NCBI RefSeq assembly: GCF_006345805.1
Contig: NC_043005.1
Coordinates: 9,486,001-9,550,000 of the forward strand
DNA length: 64,000 nt
Direction of reading: 5' to 3'
DNA from: Octopus sinensis
Taxonomy: Eukaryota
The first letter of the stretch is position 1. Every line of letters begins with the position of its first letter. The position numbers and the translations under genes are program-made. This document shows positions 53,590 to 64,000 of this stretch, in pieces. The notes under the pieces are model-generated. The model did no database searches. It saw only the letters and a list, made by a program, of their open reading frames with translations, and was not told the DNA's origin.

Positions 53590-56496
53590 TATGTTCATAC
53601 ATCTATATGAGTATTAGTATCTGTGAGGTTTCTCAAATTGTTTTACACACAGGAACGTGTGTACGACAAGGAATATATTTTTGCTTTTAAGTAATTAACA
53701 CTTCTTAATACAATATGCAAAACCACTATCAAGAGACAGCAATAAAGAGACATGCAATAAAGAACGCTGCTGAAATATCAGAAAAAAACCCTTTATGCAA
53801 TCACAAAATGTGTTTGGATTGGCGAATTCTTTCTCGAGTTACGGTCATTATCGTGTATTAGGAAATATGTAATGGATATTAAATCTACGTGAGAAGTAGT
53901 TTCAGATTGTCTTCACAGGAAATTGGTTAAAGGATGAAACTTGAACTATGTAGTGGACATATCTTTTTTCTGAAATACGTCTGATGGTCCAAATCAATAG
54001 TAACTGAACCAGGGTTTAGCAACACTAACGACACTTGCTACATATTTGTTTTTCGTTGACCGATCCTTCTACAGTGGCATTATTGTTATTTAAGGATGTG
54101 CACATGTTGAGGCAGGAATTGAAGTACAATGATCAGATCAAGTGCTGAATACTTGATTTCTCTCTATTTCCATTCTGTTTTCCCCCTCCCCTGTGTCTCA
54201 GTCTGTCTCTGTGGGTCAGCCACTTTCATTCCAACACTCAATATCTTTGTACTATTTACTGCTTGGACGCTCTTGGCGATAGGTCTATTTAATCAGGTTT
54301 AATTTGGATCTAAGTAAGAACAACAGTTCAAGAAGTAACAGCTGGTGCCTGTACGTAGTCACATGACCTGCAGAAAATGTCTGTCAAATATGTGTCCAAA
54401 TATTAACCATACCTTCTTAAAAATGTATGGTGATGACACATTCAATTATGTATCCCTCCATTAAGCCTTGAAAAATTTCTGCATTGTACGCGAGGAACAT
54501 TATTTATTGTAGGCATACATGATAGAGCTATGAGGAAACAATAACAGCAAAACAGGAAAAGAAAAACATCCATAAATAATTACGTATATGCAGTTTATAA
54601 CGTTAGTTTTCAGAACCTGAAATATCGAGCATTTTCTTAGTGAAAGCCAGAAGAATGACGTGAAATAATAATGACTTAAGTTCGTAACCTGGATCTGATT
54701 ACTTGCTATCATTGTCTGTACTAGACAAATCATGAATATTTCATTCTTATTTCTACACCATTTCAATGTAAATATTGTGAGATTGAGTTCTTGGTGTTAG
54801 CAGACAGAGAGCAGAGAAATATATCTTTCTCGGGTATCAATAATACAGAAAAATCTATAAGAAGAATAAATGTTTAACAAATTTTTTTATACAAGAGTTA
54901 AAAAGCGTGAGCCTTCACTGTTTTCAAGACCTCCTTCGGCAATGAAGCAAAAGGACGAAATTATTTTCAAATCACTGTTACCTAAACCCATGTAAGAAAA
55001 CAGATTCTTCTTATCGCACCAGGGTACCTGGCAAAAGTGTTAAATCGGGAGATGGATTAAGACCATCAGGCAAGAACCTGTGCCATTGGTATAATCAAGG
55101 AATTTTGGTAAAATTTTCAACTAGAAATTACAAGATCCTATTTACTGGAATTTTCAAATTGTACTCTTCCATTTACAATTTTAAACATTTCACTTTACCT
55201 ATTTCACTACCATTTTTGAAGCTTCATCGCTTCAGTACTGGACTTTTCCTCTTAGCTCTACGCTGTGTTTCCAATTAATAAGTTATGTGCAGTAATCCCC
55301 ACATTGTTTGAGTTGAACTAAATTACATTGAGCTGATTTATTAAACTAATTGTGGCTACATGAACAATTAGTTTCGGCTTGCATAACTTTGCATCAAATA
55401 TTTACATTAGCGTAGTGGAGAATTCCATGTATAAAAATGATGTATATTTAATGTAGCATAATCCTTTAGTATGACAAAATATATTGGGAATCATTAAAAT
55501 GAAATTGTTATAACTATGCCCCAAGAGAGATTGAAATAGTAACATTTTACTAATATGTTACATCTTTTGTAATATTTTGCAGCAAAGCCTTCCGAATCCT
55601 ACTGGCCAATCTCAATTCTAAATATGTAAACCAGTGATGGGAATTTAGTTTAGATAAATTTGAATGTAAGAACACAATGATCAGTCGGACATGCACTCAC
55701 GATATTTTCAGATATTATTGATTTTTTTAGCTCGGTCAGTAATTACAGAAGTAATTCAAGGTCTTTTATTTTAAAATTGAATTGACTTAATCGTTCCGCT
55801 TCTCTGATGAATTTCATATGATAACTAATACACGAGTTTAGGACTGTCATTGGTACAAGTACCAATGACACTTGCTCCTTCTTATTTCTATGTATTGTTT
55901 TTTTTTTTTGTGATTCAACTATCCAGCAATTCTTTAAGTGTATAAGCGTTTATGGACTACACAGTCCTTTACGCGTAAACTCCACGCTTCGAGATAGACG
56001 GAGAATATCCGCCACCAGAATTATTGATGTACATGAAGCAAAAAGCAAAAATTGTCACTATAGTCTTAGCTCTTATCCTATAATAGATCCTAGACAGATT
56101 TGTATATATCTCTTCTTTCTTACAGCTAAGATAAAAAAACAAACAGTTTTCTTTCATAGAGATAACAGACAAAACAACGACATTCCTGAGAGTATTGTTA
56201 ATCAAGGATCAGAGACATTTGCAGATGGAAAACTCATTGTCTATCCAGATTTATTCAACCATAGAATTTGGTAGACACACAACATACATAAGCAGCTTAA
56301 CGTCCTTCAAATCAAATCCCCTAACATCCATATAAGTCAAGGTCAGAACATTGGAAAATACTATAGTTGAAATTTCTAAAATGACAGGATGTTCGATGTT
56401 AGAATATTTTTGAACAATGTTTCTTTTTATCGAAGATGTCTTGGGGCTAAACCACTACAAACACAAGAACCAGAAAAAATAGCGTTCTCACCATCA

Positions 56497-56527
<31 letters not shown>

Positions 56528-57063
56528 GAACAACAACAACATTATCTTCAACAACGAAGACTACACAAAGTGTGATATAAATATGTTTGACTAGTGTCTA
56601 GCACTGGCAAAATGTATAGTGACAGTGCGTATGATGTTTCAGAAAGTGCTATTGACAGCTTGGAATTATGGCAATTCTGAGTTACATTGGATGGTCCACT
56701 CGGGAAGCTATAAATCGTAAACAGCTTGACTTGCTAATAAATAAATCAGACAACAGTCCTTTACTTAATGCATAGATACATATCTACGTAACTACATAAA
56801 GGCAAGTATACATACATACATACATACATACATACATACATACATACATACATCATACATACATACATACATACATACCCACACACATACATACATACAC
56901 ACACAGACATATATATACATATATACATATGTATAGTATATATATATATTTCTATATATTATATATATATATGTATATCTATATATATATATGTATATAA
57001 TGTGTTGTGTGCATATATATATATATATGTATATATATATATTTATATGTATATATAATATAT

Positions 57064-57097
<34 letters not shown>

Positions 57098-57199
57098 CAT
57101 GCATACATATATATATGTATATATACATATATGCATATACAGACATATATATGTGTATATATACATATGTATGTATATATATTATATATATATATATAT

Positions 57200-57623
57200 A
57201 TATATGCTTGTACATATACAGACATATATATGTGTGTATATATATACATACATACATACATACGCTCATACACACGCACTCACACACAAACATATATAAA
57301 CGCGCGTGCGGTTCGCAATGTATCATTTCTCAAGACAGAACATTTGCAATATATGCGGTGTATTCTATAAATTCAAAAGTGTTTCACAACAATGATCTCA
57401 TTGTAGATATACTGTCAAATATTCCAGTCTCGCCACTATCTAATATCTTCTCTGAGAATACCTTTACCGTTCCAATATGATGCCGCGCATACGCACAGTC
57501 ATAGGCACTTGCAAACACATAAGTAAAACCTCAGCGGCCATTGTTCATACACATATATATACATATATATACATATATATGTATCTATATATATATATCT
57601 ATAATCTATCTATCTATCTATAT

Positions 57624-57707
<84 letters not shown>

Positions 57708-57731
57708 GTATATGTATATGTATATGATATG

Positions 57732-57776
<45 letters not shown>

Positions 57777-58130
57777 TTGTACATATACAGACATATATAT
57801 GTGTGTATATATATACATACATACATACATACGCTCATACACACGCACTCACACACAAACATATATAAACGCGCGAGCGGTTCGCAATGTATCATTTCTC
57901 AAGACAGAACATTTGCAATATATGCGGTGTATTCTATAAATTCAAAAGTGTTTCACAACAATGATCTCATTGTAGATATACTGTCAAAATATTCCAGTCT
58001 CGCCACTATCTTAATATCTTCTCTGAGAATATCTTTACCGTTCCAATATGATGCCGCGCATTACGCACAGTCATACGCACTTGCAAACACATAAGTAAAA
58101 CCTCAGCGGCCATTGTTCATACACATATAT
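57200..58130. repeat. Tandem duplication, period ~569 bp, with microsatellite-bounded units
   Basis: The ~360-bp unique core recurs (gcttgtacat at 57206 and 57775). Copies differ mainly by 1-nt indels. Confidence 0.9.
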
Positions 58131-58191
58131 ATACATAGATATATACATATATATGTATCTATATATATATATCTATATCTATCTATCTATC

Positions 58192-58225
<34 letters not shown>

Positions 58226-58229
58226 TATA

Positions 58230-58275
<46 letters not shown>

Positions 58276-58304
58276 GTATATGTATATGTTATGTATATGT
58301 TATG

Positions 58305-58356
<52 letters not shown>

Positions 58357-58849
58357 TATATATATGTATTTATATATATATATATTATATATATATATAT
58401 CTTCTACATCATACGAGTGTTTGCAGCGTGTTGAAAGTCTGTGTTTGAACATGATATTTTTTTTTTCTTATTTTCTTTTCTTTACTTCTTACTGGATTTT
58501 ATAAAAGAAAACAAGATTCTCATTTCAGAAAGAGAATCAACACAAATGCCAGTAGAAAGTGTTAGATGCCGAAACTTCAGAAATTGTTGCATATTTTTGC
58601 CGTGTTTCGTTTCATACTGATTGAATGTGGAGAAAAATAGTCTCTTCATTTGTTTAAAAGCTGAAGATTTTTTCCAGATTACTAATTTTATTACTCGGTT
58701 ATATAGTAACGGAACAAAGTGTGTGGGGCTGTGTAGGGTGTGGATGGATTGGTGTGGGTGTGCGCGCGCAGGTGTTACCGCGCGTGTGTGTATACGTGAA
58801 CGTAGTTACGTATGTATATACCTATGTGTGCATGTATGCATGTATGTAT

Positions 58850-58887
<38 letters not shown>

Positions 58888-58894
58888 CCGTAAT

Positions 58895-59100
58895 AATGAA
58901 GGGTGAAATTAATTAATTTGGAATAATTATCAATTACACCAAGTAGTCTTCGGCATGTAAAAACCTCATTCGAGGAAAATTTAAGTAATACTAAGCAATA
59001 AGGGTTTAGCAACGAATTGCCTTACCACATACCGAATTTAGAAATAGCAGTCAAGGGTTATAGCTATTTCTTCTACTAAAAAGGGAGATCTCAGTAAAAA
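58895..59100 (-). mobile_element. Fragment of the 570-bp hammerhead unit (hammerhead not included)
   Basis: About 200 bp matching 30119-30325, with the same terminus next to (AT)n. Confidence 0.85.
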
Positions 59101-59364
59101 CAGCAAATAGCTATATATATATATATAATATATATATATATATTATATAATATATATATATATATATATGTTGTGTGGTGTGTGTGTATGTATGTACGTA
59201 TATATATGACATCCTTGTTGCTTATTTGTGATTGTAAACACCCCATTTTGAATTATATGGATAATACCATGCTAAATTCTGGTACCTTCAACTTAAGTAC
59301 CATATTCAACTGAATCTAAATTTTTACTGAAGTTATATATATATGTATATATACGTATGTCTAT

Positions 59365-59437
<73 letters not shown>

Positions 59438-59766
59438 CATATATATATATATAGTATATATATTTATATGTATATATATGATGTTAGCTTCATCTTGACA
59501 GATGACATACACCACTGCCCAGAGAGACAGACAGATAGATAAAGTGAGGGTGGCAGACAGAAAATGTTAATAGGAAAACTGTATTTAAAATCAACAACCA
59601 GCTAGCCGAAGGCAAATCTCACCGTATGTAGTCAATATTGATGTAATAAGTACTTACGTACACGAACAACAAACTCACGGGTATATATATATATATATTA
59701 TATATAGATATATATATATATATAGATATATACATAATATTATACATATATATATGTATATATATG

Positions 59767-59798
<32 letters not shown>

Positions 59799-60104
59799 AT
59801 AATATATATATATATTACATATTATATATGTATATATATATTTACATATTATATACATATATAATATATATCTATATTAATACATATATATGTATATATA
59901 TGTATATATATATATATAATATCTATATATTATATGTGTGTGTGTGGGTGTGTGTGTGTGTGTGGCGTGTGTCCCCATTATTCAGTTTTATTTCAAGTTT
60001 CAGCCAAGAGAGAGAGAAAGATCCCGTTTGTAACCTAGATCCATGGCTCCTTGATTGGGATTTCAACATCAACAACAGCGTATTTTTGTATGTATGTATG
60101 TATG

Positions 60105-60140
<36 letters not shown>

Positions 60141-60251
60141 TGTATGTACGTATGTATGTATGTAAGTATGTAAGTATGGAAGTATGTAGATGTGTATGTA
60201 TGTATGTAGGTGTGTATGTATGTACGTCATTTGTTCAGTTTTATTTCAAGA

Positions 60252-60647
60252 CTAGCAGTATTGCCCGGTGTTGCTCGAGTTTGTAAGGGAAATAACTATA
60301 TAAGCATTTTTAGAGATGTAAATTATAATAGCCATCTCAATATGGTTAACCACAAAGGGGGGGGGGTTACTGTAGCTTTTTACGTTCTGAGATTTAATAA
60401 TAAATTTTTAGAGAGTTACTTCTCTTATATATGCCAAAAATGCATTAAAAATGACAAAAATTGATGGTAATTTTTTTTTTAATCGTAGACGCATCGTAGA
60501 CGCGCGCTAATACCCAGAAAGGCTCGATATGAATCACGACTATAAGATACCCGGATTTGGTTAAACTGCACCGCAAAATGTGGGAGTAGTTAGGAATCTA
60601 AATCGTAGGAGACAGACAGCACACAACCTCTCTTTTATATATAAAGA
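60252..60647 (-). mobile_element. Non-autonomous Helitron, family H1
   Basis: Minus strand A|TCTTTATATATAAAAG...CTCGAGCAACACCGGG..CTGCTAG|T, inserted at AT with no TSD. Confidence 0.9.
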
Positions 60648-60928
60648 TTTTTTGCCAATACAGGAAGAGTCCTTTTGTAACCTAGATTCAAGGCTTCTCC
60701 ATATGGAATTTCAACATCAACCACAGGGTATTTTTGCATACATTTTTGTATGCAATATATATATAGATACATAGCCTGCTCTCTTAGCCAGCGGGATGGC
60801 GTTATTTGAAGGCTAAAACAATGCGAAGCGCATTGTGACCAGCGATGTGTAGCAACATCTGACAGCCTGGTCGGTCACGGTGATGACGCTGATCACGGTA
60901 ATATTATATATATATATTATATATATAG

Positions 60929-60971
<43 letters not shown>

Positions 60972-60976
60972 CAAAT

Positions 60977-62153
60977 ATATATATATAACTGAGAATGTGT
61001 GTGTGTCTGTCTGTTTGTCTGTGTGTTTCCCTAAAACTTGAGAAATACACAACCAATTTCATTCAAATTTTACACATGCCTTACTTAGGGTCCGGGGAGT
61101 GTCATCGGAAAAAAAATGTTCAACTTTTTGCCTAGGGCGAGCCCACAGCAATATCATATCTTCTCCACTACGATTCCCTAAAACTTGAGAACTACACAAA
61201 CAATTCCATTCAAATTTTACACATGCCTTAGTTAGGGTCCATGTAGCTTCATGGGCAAAAAAAAATGTTCAACTTCTTGCCTAGAGCGAGCCCATAGCAA
61301 TATCATATCTTCTCCACTATTTCAGTATTACGTGTTAAAAGTGAAACAAAAATATTTCTCTATTTTATGTCAGACGCTTTCACATTAACAGTAAAAATAA
61401 TAACAATTGAATTTTATGTAGTAAGTAATAATTAAAATCAAGCTAAGTTTTATTTTTTAGTAACATAACAAAAGTAAAATTAGCAATTGGTATAAAATTG
61501 CATCAATGATTTGAACTTGAATAAGTGGTTTCACATGAATGGAAATAAATTAAAAATAAAATTAGGGTGCAGAAATGGAATAGTCCAGATGGATAATAAA
61601 AGATTGAATTAAAGAAAAGACTATTGTCTGTAAAGTATACAACGTAGAGAAAAAAGAAGATTTGAACACATGGAGGAAAGCACCTTCGAAAAGTGTCTTG
61701 GTGCGACTATGAAAGATATCTAATCAGAGGCGGTAAATTCGCCACAATAGAAGCAAGGTCGAGTCAACGGAGCGTGCAAGGGGGTACTCGACTCGAACTT
61801 GCAAAGTGGAAATATTTTATTTCTTACCCTTATATCTGGGACGTAGGACGTCCCGGAAAAAAATTCCCCCCACCCCCACCCGAAGTAGAGGTAGGCTGGA
61901 TTGTAGCCACACATCTATACAAGAGGGAGAAAAAGATACAATTAATCGAAATTACAAGAGACGGGCTAACAATTCCAGTCTGTTATATATTTTGAGTATT
62001 GTTATCACTAGCGATATCAAGATATAACTTTGTATTTTGTATTTTATGTGTAGATGTATATATATAGATGTACATGTATTATGTACACATATATATACAC
62101 ATATATACATGCACTAGCACTATGACCCGGCAACGACGGGTCTTTAATGCTAG
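60977..62153 (+). mobile_element. ~1.2-kb non-autonomous Helitron with an H2-type 3' end
   Basis: 5' region TATATAACTGAGAATGTGTGTG-TCTGTCTGTTTG..CCAATTTCATTCAAATTT (exact start hidden in (AT)n), internal 147-bp tandem duplication (61027 and 61174), 3' ACTAGCACTATGACCCGGCAACGACGGGTC..GCTAG|T. Confidence 0.7.
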
Positions 62154-62161
62154 TATGTATA

Positions 62162-62534
62162 CACTACCGTCAGAAATTAATTAGCACCCTTGATTTGCTC
62201 AAGGTATGTGCTGTCACCTAGTGGCCATATCTCGAACTATTGCTTTGTTGCGAGTTCACTGTTGCGCAGAACGATGACGTAACTTTGTTTGCAGAGCAGT
62301 TTGAGAGTCTACAGCCTTATAATGTTGACATAGCAGTGCAACAACAACTTGGAGTGCGGATGCAGACAAATCTTCCTTTGTTTAATAGATATAGGTAGCG
62401 CCTCGCAAGGACCGAAATCACACCATACTAAGTTTTCTCATCGCGTAAGACGTTTTGAACAGCTCAAAGGTTAATTGATTTAACCTATTTAATGTAGAAA
62501 TTTGAGAAGTGCTAATTAATTTCTGACGCAAGTG
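62162..62534. mobile_element. Tc1/mariner-type MITE
   Basis: 26-bp TIRs CACTACCGTCAGAAATTAATTAGCAC / GTGCTAATTAATTTCTGACGCAAGTG (2 mismatches), TA on both sides. Confidence 0.85.
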
Positions 62535-62544
62535 TATATATATA

Positions 62545-63868
62545 TAAACTTAGATAAACTTAGATATGTTTCGATGAATGATTGGTCCAGGCCATGTCTA
62601 ACTTAATAGCACCACCTGATAAGATTATTTAAATCCTGTTTAAGTCAAGTTTTGTTTATGGTCCATTCAAGTAGTGAGATTTTGTTGGCTGAGTTGTATC
62701 CAATTATGGGTGGCTTCTCTGGTATTCCTTGAAGGAATCTATTCAGACTTCGTTTAAAGTTGATAGGATCCTGTTCCTCTTTGATCTCTTTCGGGACAAT
62801 GTTAAATAGGGCAGGGCCTGTTGAGGAAAAGAAATTATGTTGTAGTGTACATGTATGTTGTGATCTTGAATTGGGCAGGGCACGTATGGCCCGTGGTCCC
62901 AGTCTTGGATAAACTTTGAAGCTAATGTTCAGGTCGATTGGGCAAAGTTGGCGGTATATTCTCCACATCGTACAAATGATGTACCGCTCACGGCAACGCT
63001 GGAGAGGGTAACGTTTCAAGGCTTTAAGGCGATCCCAATAATCGAGAGCAGCCATGCCTTCAATGCGTTTAGTGAGTGCCCTCTGGGGTGACTCAATTCT
63101 GGAGATGTTTTGTCTTGTATGGGGAGACCACAGTGGGCAGCAGTATTCGATGTGTGGCCGCACAAAGGAGGAGAAAAGGGGTAGATGAATGACGACACTG
63201 AATCTGTGCTGGAAAGTTCTTAAGAGGACAGGAACATCCTACAAGCTATATCGACCTTCTTGTGATGATGTGCACTCCAACTGAGATCGTCATAACAATT
63301 ACACTCAGGTCTCTGATATTGTTAGAGGCTGTGAGCGGTTCCCCTGAAGGAAGAGTATGGCTTGTTTTATTTGAGGAATTTCTTCCAAAATGCATCAGCT
63401 CAAATTTTCCCTCGTTCAGTTGCATTTTGTTTCTCTCTGCCCATTGACTCACAGCATATAGATCAGACTGGAGTTGAGTTCGGTCTGCTTCTTCATTGAC
63501 GATTTGCTGGAGCTTCGTGTCATCAGCAAATATTTTCACTTTGCAGTAATGTACGACACTGGAAAGGTCGTTTATGTAGATTATGAAGAGTAGCGGACGC
63601 AAGACAGTCCCCTGGGGGACACCGCTGGTGACTTTTGCTGGGCTTGAGTGGACTCCATCAACTACAATATGTTGTGTTCTATTTGCTAGGAAATACTTGA
63701 TCCAGTGTAGAACTTTTCCACGGACTCCAACATTTGCCAATTTTGAGAGTAGGATATTATGGTCTACCCTGTTGAATGCTTTACTGAAGTCAAGGTATAT
63801 GACATCAGAGTTCAAACCTGTTCCCAAGGCTTTGAGTACATCTTCAATGTGGTGTAAGAGCTGTGATA
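62545..63868 (-). pseudogene. 5'-truncated CR1/L2-group LINE, RT C-terminal half plus 3' UTR
   Basis: YLDFSKAFNRVDH, SGVPQGTVL.PLLF.IYINDL, IFADDTKL, RPHIEYCCPLWSP, LDYWDRLK; frameshifted; tail (ATCTAAGTTT)2. Confidence 0.9.
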
Positions 63869-64000
63869 TATATAGATATATATATATATATAAATGTATG
63901 CATATATATATATACATATGTATATAAATATATGCATATAAATGTATATATATATATATGTATATACGTATATGTGTGTGTGTGTGTGTTGTGTGTGTGT

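Noticed and set aside
54890-56320. Possible host exons after pyrimidine-tract AG sites (~54897, ~56115, ~56158)
   Set aside because: Short frames with no recognisable protein similarity and no convincing donor pairing.
57206-57775. Shared ~570-bp period with the hammerhead tandem suggesting a common mechanism
   Set aside because: The sequences are unrelated and over a third of this unit is variable microsatellite, so the match is probably coincidence.

Overview
Repeat-dense eukaryotic non-coding DNA. The SINE, microsatellite and LINE content strongly resembles an Octopus (cephalopod) genome; this is pattern recognition, not a database hit. No host protein-coding exon could be supported, and most ORF-track entries are microsatellite or SINE read-through. 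The window holds four tRNA-derived SINE groups (about 24 copies, labelled A-D here), a 5'-truncated L1/Tx1-like ORF2 (31.5-34.9 kb), two ORF1-only L1/Tx1-like remnants (4.2-7.2 kb), a CR1-like RT (62.5-63.9 kb), an R4/Dong-like fragment, Penelope-like (PLE) fragments, four non-autonomous Helitrons, a Tc1/mariner-type MITE and five copies of a GG-ended ~410-bp MITE. Two structures stand out. (1) The GG-ended MITE has a normal 8-bp TSD at one site but 65-, 165- and 191-bp flanking direct duplications at others, and the two longest overlap by exactly 8 bp, which fits alternative (hybrid-end) transposition followed by recombination. (2) A ~570-bp tandem unit at 30.1-31.5 kb carries a foldable type-I hammerhead ribozyme per unit on the minus strand, resembling a retrozyme or PLE terminal-repeat multimer.
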